Assembly (NCBI GenBank): GCA_963831805.1
Contig: CAWHRN010000010.1
Coordinates: 1,107-65,106, forward strand
DNA: 64,000 bases
Reading direction: 5' to 3'
Origin: an uncultured Verrucomicrobiae bacterium
GTDB lineage: Bacteria; Verrucomicrobiota; Verrucomicrobiia; Chthoniobacterales; UBA10450
Made by a program: the position numbers and the translations under genes. This document shows, piece after piece, positions 41,027-51,841 of this stretch; the first letter of the stretch is position 1; each line of letters opens with the position of its first letter. The notes beneath the pieces were generated by a model. The model was not told where the DNA came from, did not search any database, and was given only the letters and a program-made list of their open reading frames with translations.

Positions 41027-41193
41027 CCGCGGCTTCGACTGTTGATTTCAGAGAAGGTATTCAGGATTAGTTGGTCACTTTATGCAGAACGTTTCGGCCG
41101 CACAAACGCGTTACCTTGCCGCGAACTGGAATCGCGGCAAACCCTTTTCGGCGGCGACGGCGAACTCGCTTTAGGAAACGCGGCGCGCTTCTC

Positions 41194-42206
41194 ATGAAAC
41201 TGGAACGCCTGCGCGAGATTCTGACGCGCGCCGCCGGCAAACGTCTTACCGTCGTCGGCGACCTCATGCTCGACGAATTCGTCTGGGGCAAAGTCGGGCG
41301 CATTTCGCCGGAAGCGCCCGTGCCCGTCGTCGAAGTGACCGGGGAATCCTTCTACCCCGGGGGTGCGGCTCAAACGTCGCGCGGAATCTGCGCGAGTTTA
41401 CCCGCGGCGTCTCGGTCATCGGCACGGTCGGGAAGGACGCCGCCGGGAAACAATTGCTCGAGCTGCTCCGCGAACAGGAAATCGACACCGCGCTCGTGCT
41501 CGAGGATCCGGACTTCCGCACGATCGTGAAGACGCGGATCGTCGCGCGGCATCAGCAGGTGGTGCGGGTCGATCGCGAGCAATTTCGCGAACCGACCGCC
41601 GCGCAGGTCGAGCGCATCGCCGCGGATCTGCGGAAGATTTTGCCCGCACTCGATGCGGTCATTTTTGAAGACTACGGCAAGGGTTTCCTGAGCGAAGCGC
41701 TCGTTAGGCAAATCTCCCACGACGCGCAGGCGGCGGGAAAAATTGTCACCGCCGATCCGAACCCGCAGCAGGCGTTGCCTTGGCAAAACATCACCGCGAT
41801 CAAGCCCAACCGCAGCGAAGCGCTCGCCGCCGCGGGCCTGCCCGCGACCGATCCGATCGATCCGCCTAACGACGATGAGGCGCTGCTCGAGGCCGGCGCG
41901 AAACTGCTCGAGGCCTGGGATACCAAACTCCTCCTCATCACTCTCGGCGAGCAGGGCATGATGCTTTTCCAGCGCGGCCAGCCACCGCATCACATTCCGA
42001 CCAAGGCGCGCCAGGTCTTCGACGTTTCCGGCGCAGGCGATACCGCGATCGCGCTCTTCACTCTCGCGCTCTGTTGCGACGCGACACCAGCGGAAGCCGC
42101 GGAAATCGCCAACCACGCCAGCGCCGTGGTCGTCGCCAAACTCGGCACCGCGACCGTTACGCCGGAGGAATTGATCGCCAGTCTCGAGGACGACGATGGC
42201 GCCTAA
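41194..42206 (+). CDS. hldA: D-glycero-beta-D-manno-heptose-7-phosphate kinase (RfaE domain I / HldA type, PfkB family), frameshift near 41370
   Basis: VVGDLMLDEFVWGKVGRISPEAPVPVV, VFDVSGAGDTAIA, and a C-terminal ...KLGTATVT end. No adenylyltransferase domain follows. Confidence 0.8.
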
Positions 42207-42741
42207 CGAATCCGCTCCGGCGGTTTTCCTCGATCGCGACGGAACGCTGATGCTCGAGGTGAATTACTGCTCCGATCCCAAAGAGGTGGCAATTTTTCCC
42301 GGCGTGCCCGAAGCGCTCGAGCAACTGCGCGCGGCCGGCTACAAGCTCATCGTGATCTCAAACCAGGCCGGCATCGGACGCGGCTATTTCACCGAAGCGC
42401 AATACCGGCTGGTGGAGGCGGAAGTCGCGCGGGCAGTTCAGCCGGCAACTTTCGACGCCGTTTATTTTTGTCCGGATCATCCGGACCGTCCGACCGATTT
42501 CCGCAAACCCGCTCCCGGCATGGTCCTCGCCGCGCAACGCGATCATCAGCTCGATCTCGCGCGCTCTTTTTTCATCGGCGACAAGGCGATCGACATCGAG
42601 TGCGGTCGCAACGCAGGTGTCCGCACCGTTCTGGTCAAAACCGGTTACGGCGCGGAGGAAGCCGAGCGAGCCGGCGCGAACTGGGTCGCGGAAGATTTCG
42701 CCGCGGCCGCGAACATCATTCTCGCGCAGTCGCATGAGTAA
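42196..42741 (+). CDS. gmhB: D,D-heptose 1,7-bisphosphate phosphatase (HAD-IIIA)
   Basis: [41 protein letters not shown]. Confidence 0.85.
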   Translation: MAPNESAPAVFLDRDGTLMLEVNYCSDPKEVAIFPGVPEALEQLRAAGYKLIVISNQAGIGRGYFTEAQYRLVEAEVARAVQPATFDAVYFCPDHPDRPTDFRKPAPGMVLAAQRDHQLDLARSFFIGDKAIDIECGRNAGVRTVLVKTGYGAEEAERAGANWVAEDFAAAANIILAQSHE

Positions 42742-43484
42742 AACCGTCGGCCTCATCCCCGCGCGTTTGGCTTCCACCCGGTTCCCGGGGAAGCCGCTGC
42801 ACCCGATCGCGGGCAAACCTCTGCTCCAGCACGTCTGGGAACGATGCCGCCGCGCCAAACGCCTCGCCTCCGTCATCATCGCGACCGACGACATGCGGAT
42901 CGCGGAGGCGGCTTTCGCCTGGGGCGCGGAAGTCAGCCTAACGAAAAGCAGTCACCACAGCGGGACCGACCGCATCGCCGAGGTCGCGCCGGAAAATGCC
43001 CGACGTCACCCATCTCGTCAACATCCAGGGCGACGAGCCGCTGGTCGATCCAAAGTTGATCGATCGACTCGTTAGGCAAATGGAACGCGAATCCGGAGAT
43101 CGCGATGATCACCGCGGTGCATCCGTTCGATAATCCGGCCGACGCGCAGTCGCCGCACCAGGTCAAGGCCGTCCTCGATCGCGCGAAATGCGCGCTTTAT
43201 TTCTCCCGCAGCCCGATCCCATTCCCGCGCGCGGCGCGGCCCGCTATTTTCGCCACCAGGGCATCTACGGCTATCGCCGCGAGCTGCTCCTGCAGTTTGT
43301 CCGCTGGCAACCGGCGCCGCTGGAAAACGCCGAGGCGCTCGAGCAATTGCGCGCGTTGGAGAATGGCGTAAAGATTCACGTGGTCGTGACCCAGAGCGGC
43401 TCTCCCGGAGTCGATACGCCGGACGACGCCCGGGCGATCGAACATCTCCTCCTCGCTTCCCGGCCTGCTCGTTTTCCGCGATGA
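42734..43484 (+). CDS. kdsB: 3-deoxy-manno-octulosonate cytidylyltransferase (CMP-Kdo synthetase), about 3 frameshifts
   Basis: [64 protein letters not shown], spread over frames 42617, 42844, 43105 and 43188. Confidence 0.8.
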
Positions 43485-45082
43485 AATATATTTTTGTAAC
43501 TGGCGGAGTGGTGAGTTCGTTAGGCAAAGGCCTCGCCGGCGGCCTCGCTCGGCACGCTCCTCGAGCTGCGCGGTCAGCGCGTGCTCCTGCAGAAATTCGA
43601 TCCGTACCTGAACGTCGATCCGGGCACGATGAACCCGTTTCAGCACGGCGAAGTTTATGTCCTGAACGATGGCGCGGAGACCGATCTCGACCTCGGCCAT
43701 TACGAGCGTTTCACCAACTGCGTTCTCTCGCGGAACAACAACCTGACGAGTGGCCAGGTTTACGAGAGCGTGATCCTGAAAGAGCGGCGCGGCGATTATC
43801 TCGGCAAAACCGTGCAGGTGATTCCGCACGTCACCGACGAGATCAAGGCGCGCATCCGCCAGGTCGCCGACCCGAAGAAAGTCGACATCGTCATCACCGA
43901 AATCGGCGGCACCATCGGCGACATCGAAGGGCTGCCGTTCCTCGAAGCGATCCGGCAATTCATTCTCGAAGTCGGCCCGCAGAACGTCGTCAACATGCAC
44001 GTCACGCTCGTCCCCTACATCCGGGCGGCGGGCGAACTGAAGACCAAGCCGACGCAGCAAAGCATCGCGAAATTGCGCGAGATCGGTCTCCAGCCGCAGG
44101 TGCTGATCTGCCGCACCGAACGCCCGCTCGACGACGACGTCCGGCAAAAGCTTTCCATGTTCTGCAACGTCCCGGTCAACGCGGTGGTCGAGGCGCGCGA
44201 CGTGCCGCACACGATTTACGAGATGCCGCTCATGCTGCATGAGGAAGGGCTCGATCAACTCGTTTGCCAGCTGCTCGCATCTCGACGGTCGCCGCGCCGG
44301 ACTTGACGGATTGGCGCAAATTCGTGAATCGCGTGATCAACCCGAAGAAGCAGGTAAAGATCGCGGTCGTCGGCAAATACATCGAGCTGCAGGACGCCTA
44401 CAAAAGCATTTACGAATCGCTCACTCACGCCGCGGCGAGCCACGATTGCGGGATCGATCTGCGCCTGATCGATGCCGAGTCGCTCGAGAACGGCGTCAAC
44501 GGTCAGCTAAACGATGTCGCGGGCATTCTCATCCCCGGCGGCTTCGGCGAGCGCGGAGTCGAGGGGAAAATTAGCGCGGCGCAGTTCGCGCGCGAGAACA
44601 AGGTGCCGTTTCTCGGGCTTTGCCTCGGGATGCAGGTCGCGACGATCGAGTTTGCGCGCAATGTCTGCGGCATCGCGGCGGCGAACAGCATCGAGTTCGA
44701 CAAGAACTCGCCCGACCCGGTGATCACGCTCCTTGAAGAGCAGAAAAAAATTCACAAAAAAGGCGGCAGCATGCGGCTCGGCACCTGGCCGACCCAGATC
44801 GTACCCGACACCTTGGCGGAGAAAGTTTACGGGAACGCGGAGGTGCTCGAGCGGCATCGGCACCGCTACGAGTTCAACATGAAATACCGCGAGCAGATGG
44901 AGGAAAAAGGTTTCCTCATTAGCGGCACTTCGCCCGATGGCTCGCTCGCAGAATTGATCGAGCTGCGGGATCACCCGTGGTTTCTGGCCTGCCAGTACCA
45001 CCCGGAATTCCAGAGCAAACCGAACAAGCCGCACCCGCTGTTCAGCGGATTCATCCGGGCCTCCCTGGCGCATCAGGACTAA
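43481..45082 (+). CDS. pyrG: CTP synthase, frameshifts near 43545 and 44280
   Basis: [75 protein letters not shown]. Confidence 0.9.
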
Positions 45083-45125
45083 CGCCTAACGAGTTAATAC
45101 GCTGGCGTCGCGGTGCGCTCGCGAT

Positions 45126-45238
45126 GTCATCCTGAGCCGGCACAGCGCGGCGAAGGATCTCCCAAGCGTCGCCCGAGCTGGCCTTGCCTAACGACATCGC
45201 AAGACGCTTGCGAGATCCCTCGCTACGCTCGGGATGCA
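45126..45238. repeat. MITE-like palindromic element, same family as 63359..63468, with a GCCTAACGA copy in its loop
   Basis: GTCATCCTGAGCCGGCACAGCGCGGCGAAGGATCTC ... TTGCCTAACGACATCGCAAGACGCTTGCGAGATCCCTCGCTACGCTCGGGATGCA. Confidence 0.7.
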
Positions 45239-45258
45239 GGGAGATTGCGGCCCGCCAT

Positions 45259-45690
45259 TCAACGATGGGCCGCGCGGCGCAGGCGATCCATGATCGCCGC
45301 GCCAAGGCCGGTTTCGGGGGTTGCTTCCGCCACGATGCAGGCAAGGCCCGCGGCATCCAGTTCACGCAGCTCGCGAAATAGATTCGCAGCCGCTTCGCGC
45401 AGATCGCCCGTTGACGTCAGTTGTCGCGACACCACGAAGCCTGCGGGAATCGCCGCGTCGCTCCAAAAACAGAGCGCCAAAACGTTCTCCTTCCGGAATC
45501 ACCACGGAGGAAATATCGGCTGCGATCAGCAGTGGCGTACGTGGCGCGTAATGAGAAGCGGATTGACCCGCTGTCTCGATCGTCACCGGCGTTTCGACGA
45601 CAAACACTTCGCCAAATTTCATCAGCTCTTCCGCGGAGATCATCCCGCGGCGCAAAATCTCCAGCGGGCCCTCGCCCGCAGCTTTAACGC
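45259..45690 (-). pseudogene. Diverged, frameshifted copy of the C-terminal (Sua5) domain of threonylcarbamoyl-AMP synthase
   Basis: ORFs 45362..45655 and 45259..45480 align with the last ~140 aa of 46952..47929 (...HYAPRTPL..., ...LREAAANLFRELRELDAAGL..IVAEA.P..GLGAAIMDRLRRAAHR). Roughly two-thirds nucleotide identity by eye. Confidence 0.6.
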
Positions 45691-46592
45691 GAGACCTGCG
45701 CGATAAACCCGTGAGGCAAAAATACGGTCGTATCCAGGTAGCGACCGGAGATCATGCCGCTGTTGTTTATTCCAACGAGCGAGGTTCCGCCGGCGGCCGG
45801 GTAGTCAAAGCTCACGAAGGTGTTGGGCAGTTTTAGGAAAAATCCGTGCTCGTGGCCATCCGCTAGCTCGTATGTCCCGACGATCCAGCCCTGATCATTG
45901 ATCCCGTTGACGAAGGTGTTCACCGCGCCGGGGTAGTCGATCGGGAAAGTGAGTGTGCCATCGGCCTGCCGAATGAACCCGTGGAAGACAAAACCGCCGT
46001 CGGTCGTGTAATCACCTGCGACCTGATCGAGGTTGTTAAGGCCATGAGCCTCAGAGCTGGTCTGGCCGGGAATCATGATGTCAAGATCCGTCCCCGCGAT
46101 CCTGGCATAGGCGTGAAAGGGCGTATCCGATCCGCTTGGGACGTATTCGCCCGCAATATCTCCGGCGTCGTTGATCCCGAAAAGAAAAGTGAAAGTGCTG
46201 ATGCCAATTTCGATTGTATGAAAGGTGCTACCCGCAAGGATGAAACCCTGGTAACCGGTCGTCCGGTTGAAGAACGAACCATCAATGACGCGTGATCGGT
46301 TGATCCCTTCGGCGTTGGTGACATGGCCTGTGGCCTCGGGATCGGCGATGGGCGCGCTAAAGGTGCCGTCGCTGTAGCGTATAAAACCGAACGAAGCGTT
46401 TTTCTCGAGGTAACTAGCGGCAACATCGCCGCGGCTGTTAATCCCGAAGGGGTCTGCGGTTCCCACTCCGGGATAATCATAGGTCGTGACGACCAGAGTG
46501 ATCGTAGGGGATGCGGCCCGCACGAAGTGAAGTGGCGCGATGCTGGCGAGGCTCGCCAGCGCGGAGATGAGCAATCGTTTTCTGTGTGTCAT
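45684..46592 (-). CDS. Secreted repeat protein (GIN..G.I.G repeats, HAF-repeat-like; tentative)
   Basis: Signal MTHRKRLLISALASLASIAPLHFVRA. Recurrent FGINSRGDVA / GINDAGDIAGEY / GINDQGWIVGTY / GINNSGMISGRY units. Confidence 0.55.
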   Translation of the reverse strand: MTHRKRLLISALASLASIAPLHFVRAASPTITLVVTTYDYPGVGTADPFGINSRGDVAASYLEKNASFGFIRYSDGTFSAPIADPEATGHVTNAEGINRSRVIDGSFFNRTTGYQGFILAGSTFHTIEIGISTFTFLFGINDAGDIAGEYVPSGSDTPFHAYARIAGTDLDIMIPGQTSSEAHGLNNLDQVAGDYTTDGGFVFHGFIRQADGTLTFPIDYPGAVNTFVNGINDQGWIVGTYELADGHEHGFFLKLPNTFVSFDYPAAGGTSLVGINNSGMISGRYLDTTVFLPHGFIAQVSR

Positions 46593-46951
46593 CAGATCGT
46601 TTTCCTTGGTTTGATGCTTTGGTTTCGACGGGAAAGCTTACGGTGGATCGGATTACCGGCAGCTCGTGTCTTCGTGATTTCGGTAGCCAAATAAAAAACG
46701 GTCAAGCAAAAAAGTTATAGGTCATCCGGTGGCGTCCGCCCGTAACGGATGCAGAGCAACAGTCGGGGTTCCAACAGTGCCCCCTTCGAGCGATAAATGG
46801 CTGGGTGGCATCTCCAATTCTCTGTAGCGTCCGCTTTTCTCAGAGACAAAAGCCCCCGGACGCGCTGGGGACAGCGACCCGCCTGCAGGTGAAGCCGAAA
46901 GCTGCTGGCAGGACCCTTCGCTTCGCTCAGGATGACAAGGATGCGGCTCGC

Positions 46952-47929
46952 CTAACGATGCGCGCCCCGGCGCAGGCGGTCCATGATCGCGGCGCCGAGA
47001 CCGGTGGTCGGCAGTGCTTCGGCGACGATCGCGTCGAGCCCGGCGGCATCGAGCTCGCGCAGGTGCCGGAAAAGATCGGTGGCCGCTTCCCGCAGATCGC
47101 TGGTCGCGCTCAGGCGGCGTGACTCCGCGAAACCCGCCGGCGCGATTTCGCTGCTCCAGAGGAGTGCGCCATAACGCTGGTCGTTAGGCACTTCTATCGC
47201 CGCGATCTCGTCAACGACGAAAAGCGGGGCGCGGGGGGCGTAATGCGACGGCAACTGTCCCGGGGCTTGCGGGCGCGAGGAGGTTTTCGTTAGGCGAATT
47301 TCGCCGAATTCCGCGAGCTGCTCGCGGGTGATCGGGCCGTCGCGCAGGATCGTCAGGCTGTTTCCCTCCGGCCTAACGATGGTCGATTCGATACCATGCG
47401 CGGTCGAGCCTCCGTCGACGATGAGCGGGATGCGGCCGGATAATTCCTCGAAGACATGCGCCGCCGCGGTCGGGCTGATGCGGCCGAAACGGTTCGCGCT
47501 CGGCGCGGCGAGCGGGCGATCCAGCTCTTGCACGATGGTGGAGAAGATGGAGTGCGCGCTCATCCGCACCGCGACCGTCGTTAGGCCGGCGGTCACGATA
47601 TCGGGAATCAAATCTGTCTTCGGCAAAAGAATCGTTAGGGGACCGGGCCAGAAGTTTTCGATTAACTTCCGCGCGAGGGATGTGGGCGTGGCCACGCGCG
47701 CAAGCCACCCGCGATTCGGCAGGTGGACAATGAGCGGGTCGAAACGCGGGCGTTCTTTGGTCTCGAATATTTTCGTCACCGCCTCCGCGGAAAGCGCGTC
47801 CGCGGCGAGGCCGTAGACCGTCTCCGTGGGGAGCGCGACTGCTTCGCCCGCACGCAGCAGCCCGAGCGCGCGCGCGACGGCCTGCGCACGTTCGTTAGGC
47901 ATGCCAGTTGGGGCGATGACTGTTTTCAC
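46952..47929 (-). CDS. tsaC: L-threonylcarbamoyladenylate synthase (Sua5/YwlC/TsaC2 type, two-domain)
   Basis: AVALPTETVYGLAADA, RPRFDPLIVH, APSANRFGRISPT. Intact 325 aa. Confidence 0.85.
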   Translation of the reverse strand: MKTVIAPTGMPNERAQAVARALGLLRAGEAVALPTETVYGLAADALSAEAVTKIFETKERPRFDPLIVHLPNRGWLARVATPTSLARKLIENFWPGPLTILLPKTDLIPDIVTAGLTTVAVRMSAHSIFSTIVQELDRPLAAPSANRFGRISPTAAAHVFEELSGRIPLIVDGGSTAHGIESTIVRPEGNSLTILRDGPITREQLAEFGEIRLTKTSSRPQAPGQLPSHYAPRAPLFVVDEIAAIEVPNDQRYGALLWSSEIAPAGFAESRRLSATSDLREAATDLFRHLRELDAAGLDAIVAEALPTTGLGAAIMDRLRRGAHR

Positions 47930-49065
47930 CCGAGTCGAGCGCGCGCCCGCAAAGCCGCCTCCGAGCCGGCTTCAACCGTTTCCGCGAGAGCCGTGAGGTG
48001 GCCCATTTTCCGGCGCGCACGCGGTTCGCGTTTTCCGTAGAGATGGAGGTGGACATTTTTCTCCGCGAGCGCCGCGGCCCAATCGGGTTCGCCGTTTTTC
48101 CAGATGTCGCCGAGCAGGTTCACCATCGCGGCCGGGCGGAGCAGCTCGGTCGCGCCTAACGACATCCCGCAGACGGCGCGGACGTGCTGCTCAAACTGGC
48201 TCGTGGCGCAGCCCTCGATCGTCCAATGCCCGGAATTGTGCGGCCGTGGAGCGAGCTCGTTGATGATCAGCTTCTCGTTAGGCGCGAGAAACATTTCGAC
48301 CGCGAGAAGTCCGACCAGGTCGATCTTCTCGGCCACGGCGCGCGCGAGATCGCTGGCGGCCCGCGCGAGCCCCGGCGGGATCCGGGCGGGCGCCAGGGTG
48401 ACGTCGAGGATGTGCTCGCGATGGAGATTTTCGCAGACCGGAAAGACCGCGGTCGCGCCATCCGGTCCGCGCGCCACGATGACGGACAATTCCGTCTCGA
48501 AATCGATCACGCCTTCGAGGACGCATTCTTCGTCGTCGTGCCCGGCCCAGATCGCGGCCGGATCGCTCCCGGCGTCGATCCGTTCCTGGCCTTTGCCGTC
48601 GTAACCGAAGGCAGCGCCTTTCAAAATCGCGGGCCGGCCGATCGCCTCGAGCGCGTTCGTTAGGTCAGTGAGACTGGCGACGCGGCGGAAGGGCGCGATC
48701 GGCAATCCGGCGCCGGCGAGAAATTCTTTTTCGCGCAGACGGTTCTGCGCGATGTGCAGCACTTCGCCGCGCGGCCTAACGATACGCTCGCGCGCCGCCC
48801 ACTCGATCGTCTGCACCGGAATGTTCTCGAACTCAAAGGTGAGAACATCGATCGCACGCGCGAACTTCGTCACGGCGGATTCGTCGGCGTAATCGGCGAC
48901 GGTCGAGAAGTCGGCAAACTGCGCCGCCGGTCCATCTTTCTCCGGCGAAAAAATGTGCACGCGATAACCCATCCGCCGGGCGGCGACGGCAAACATCCGG
49001 CCCAATTGCCCGCCGCCCATCACCCCGATGGTCGCGCCGGGCGGGAAGCTTTGCGCTTCGGTCAT
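47926..49065 (-). CDS. purK: N5-carboxyaminoimidazole ribonucleotide synthase
   Basis: [15 protein letters not shown]-grasp motifs, [12 protein letters not shown]. Intact 379 aa. Confidence 0.9.
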   Translation of the reverse strand: MTEAQSFPPGATIGVMGGGQLGRMFAVAARRMGYRVHIFSPEKDGPAAQFADFSTVADYADESAVTKFARAIDVLTFEFENIPVQTIEWAARERIVRPRGEVLHIAQNRLREKEFLAGAGLPIAPFRRVASLTDLTNALEAIGRPAILKGAAFGYDGKGQERIDAGSDPAAIWAGHDDEECVLEGVIDFETELSVIVARGPDGATAVFPVCENLHREHILDVTLAPARIPPGLARAASDLARAVAEKIDLVGLLAVEMFLAPNEKLIINELAPRPHNSGHWTIEGCATSQFEQHVRAVCGMSLGATELLRPAAMVNLLGDIWKNGEPDWAAALAEKNVHLHLYGKREPRARRKMGHLTALAETVEAGSEAALRARARLG

Positions 49066-49563
49066 GGCAACTTGTCGGCGAGCACTTTCTTCGTCTGACG
49101 CGCGCGAAACTTTTCCACCGCCTTGCGAATTTTCGGCTCGTGCAACCCGAGAATGCTAGCCGCGAGCAACGCCGCGTTTTTCGCCCCAGCGACGCCGATG
49201 GCGAGCGTGCCAACCGCGACGCCTGCGGGCATTTGCGCGATCGAAAGAAGCGAGTCGAGACCTTTGAGCGCGCGCGATTCCACCGGCACCCCGAGCACTG
49301 GAAGCCAGGTCTGCGCTGCGATCATCCCCGGCAAATGCGCCGCGCCGCCCGCCCCGGCGATGATCACCTGCACGCCGCGCTCCGCCGCTTCGCGCGCGAA
49401 CTTCGCCATCAAATCCGGCGTACCGATGCGCGGAGACGATTCGGTGTTCGTTAGGCACGCCGAACTGCTCGAGCCACTCGACGCAGTGCCGCATCGTCTC
49501 CCAATCGGACGCGCTTCCCATGACGACAGCGACGAGTGGAACAACAGGCGGCTTTTTCGGCAT
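49062..49563 (-). CDS. purE: N5-carboxyaminoimidazole ribonucleotide mutase, frameshift near 49430
   Basis: [14 protein letters not shown]...RIVSAHR in one frame, then [27 protein letters not shown] in ORF 49062..49604. Confidence 0.85.
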
Positions 49564-49657
49564 GGCAGGTGGTTCTTCCTGCTTCCGAAGCCGCAAAATT
49601 GCAACGGGCTTTTTGCTTGCGGCCGGCGTGGGAACCAGATACCAACGGCGCACGCTT

Positions 49658-51688
49658 ATGAAATACCTTCGCTCACTCGCCTGCATTTTTCTTTTCCTCG
49701 CCGCAATCGCCGCCGGTATCGGGGTGGTCGCTTCTTCCCGCGCCGTCGATGCACCGAAGACGCCGAACCAGCTCGCGGCCGAGCGGAAGATTGCCTCGTG
49801 GGTGAGCGCGCACACGCAGGATGGAAAACAGGCGGAGTTCATCGTCGTCTTGAACGACCAGGCCGACCTGAGCGGCGCGGCGGCTTTGAAGACCAAGGCG
49901 GAAAAGGGCCGCTTCGTCCGCGACGCGCTCTGGAATAAAAGTCAGGCGACGCAGGGTCCGATCCTGAAAATGATCGAGGCGCGCGGGCTCGAGCATCGGG
50001 CTTATTACATCGTGAATGCGATCTGGGTGAAAGGCCACGCCGAAGACGCGATGGCGCTGGCTGAGCGCGCCGATGTCGCGCGGGTTGAGGGCAACCCTGA
50101 GGTCCGCAATTACCCGGCTCCCCTTCCCGCCGTGCCTGCGGCCGAGCCGGCGACGGACGCTCCGGACACCGTCGAGCAAGGCATCGCCTACACGAATGCG
50201 CCCGCAGTCTGGGCACTGGGCTTTACGGGCCAGGGCATCGTGATTGGCGACGGCGACACTGGCTTTCGCTGGGATCACAACGCGATCAAGCCGCACTACC
50301 GCGGTTGGAACGGCACCACCGCGAGCCACGATTACAACTGGCACGACGCCATTCATACCGGCGGCGGCATCTGCGGTCCGAATAGCCCGGCGCCGTGCGA
50401 CGATCTCGGCCATGGCAGCCACACCATGGGCACGACGATCGGCGACGATGGCGCGGGCAATCAGATCGGCATGGCGCCGGGCGCGAAATGCATCGGCTGC
50501 CGGAACATGGATCAGGGCAACGGCACCCCCGCGCGCTATATGGAATGCTTCGAGTTCTTCCTCGCTCCCTACCCCGTGAACGGCACCCCCGCGCAGGGCG
50601 ACCCGAGCCTCGCTCCCGACATCACGACTAATTCCTGGGAATGCCCGTCGAGCGAAGGCTGTTCGCCGACCACCCTTCAGGCGACGGTCGAGGCGCAGCG
50701 CGCCGCCGGCATCATGTGCGTGGTCGCCGCGCAAAACTCCGGGCCGAGCTGCTCCACGGTGCAGAACCCGCCGGGAATTTATGACGCCGCCTACACCGTC
50801 GGCGCGCTCAATAACGGGACCGACACGATCGCTTCCTTCAGCAGCCGCGGGCCGGTCACTTCCGATGGCAGCATGCGGATGAAGCCCGATATCGCGGCGC
50901 CGGGCACGAACGTCCGCTCCAGCTACAACACCTCGAACACCTCCTACGCGTTCCTCAGCGGCACCTCGATGGCGACGCCGCATGTCGCGGGCGCGGTCGC
51001 GTTGCTCTGGTCGGCGCATCCGGAGTTGCAGAACGACATCACGACGACCGAGAACGTGCTGAATGCCGCCGCCCACCACATCCTCTCGAACGAGTGCACG
51101 AGCGGTTCGCCGACCACGCCGAACAACACCTACGGCAACGGCCGCCTCGATATCCTCGCCGCGGTCAACGCCGTCCAGAGCTTCACCCTCTCCTCCGCGG
51201 CCTCGGTCCAGATGCACGGCGCACAGACCTTTGGGATTCCGCTGCCGCTCAGCGGCGCGCCGGGCGTCGAGTGCCGGAGCACCCGCGGCGCGGAGACGCT
51301 CGTCTTCACCTTCAGCAGTAACGTCGTCAGCGGCCACGCCAGCCTGACCAGCGGCGCCGGCCGCGTCGGCGCCACGACCTTCTCCGGCAACACCATGACG
51401 GTGAGCCTCACCCGGGTCACCGACGTGCAGAAGATCACGATCCTCCTCAGCGGCGTCACGAACACCGCCTCGCAGGTCCTCGCCGATACCTCGGTCAGCA
51501 TGAATGTCCTCGCCGGCGACGTGGATGCGAGCAAGACCGTCGACGCGACCGATCTCAGCCTCACGAGGGCGCAGGTCGGCATGGCGGTGACGAGCTCGAA
51601 CTTCCGCGAGGACGTGCGGGTGGACGGCGCGATTAATAACAACGACGTGAAAGTCGTGCGCGGGGCGAACGGCCATTCGCTTCCGTAG
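49658..51688 (+). CDS. Secreted subtilisin-like serine protease (S8) with C-terminal beta-sandwich plus dockerin-like module
   Basis: Catalytic triad contexts VIGDGDTGF (Asp), HGSHTMGT (His), [11 protein letters not shown] (Ser). C-terminus [14 protein letters not shown]...[16 protein letters not shown]...HSLP. Confidence 0.85.
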   Translation: MKYLRSLACIFLFLAAIAAGIGVVASSRAVDAPKTPNQLAAERKIASWVSAHTQDGKQAEFIVVLNDQADLSGAAALKTKAEKGRFVRDALWNKSQATQGPILKMIEARGLEHRAYYIVNAIWVKGHAEDAMALAERADVARVEGNPEVRNYPAPLPAVPAAEPATDAPDTVEQGIAYTNAPAVWALGFTGQGIVIGDGDTGFRWDHNAIKPHYRGWNGTTASHDYNWHDAIHTGGGICGPNSPAPCDDLGHGSHTMGTTIGDDGAGNQIGMAPGAKCIGCRNMDQGNGTPARYMECFEFFLAPYPVNGTPAQGDPSLAPDITTNSWECPSSEGCSPTTLQATVEAQRAAGIMCVVAAQNSGPSCSTVQNPPGIYDAAYTVGALNNGTDTIASFSSRGPVTSDGSMRMKPDIAAPGTNVRSSYNTSNTSYAFLSGTSMATPHVAGAVALLWSAHPELQNDITTTENVLNAAAHHILSNECTSGSPTTPNNTYGNGRLDILAAVNAVQSFTLSSAASVQMHGAQTFGIPLPLSGAPGVECRSTRGAETLVFTFSSNVVSGHASLTSGAGRVGATTFSGNTMTVSLTRVTDVQKITILLSGVTNTASQVLADTSVSMNVLAGDVDASKTVDATDLSLTRAQVGMAVTSSNFREDVRVDGAINNNDVKVVRGANGHSLP

Positions 51689-51841
51689 CTGCGCGCGGTC
51701 ACCGCGGGCGGCGGCGCAGGATTCCGTGGCGGCGGCGCGTGAGCGCCCCGCCTGCGGGATCATGAGCGCGAGAATTGTCCGGAGCCGCGGCGGGTTCTTC
51801 CGAGCCGGCCGCGCTTCGCCCCGGCGGACCGAGGAACGCGC

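Noticed and set aside
49673-51763. 696-aa ORF antisense to the S8 protease. Similar long shadow ORFs occur at 56480..58978 (+), 53427..54881 (+), 24334..25587 (-), 32480..33583 (-), 27367..29520 (+, beyond dinB), 43197..44258 (-) and 33827..34951 (-).
   Set aside because: They are Arg/Gly/Pro/Asp-rich, low-complexity translations with no motifs. Each lies exactly opposite a well-supported conserved gene. This is the typical stop-codon-poor antisense frame of GC-rich DNA.
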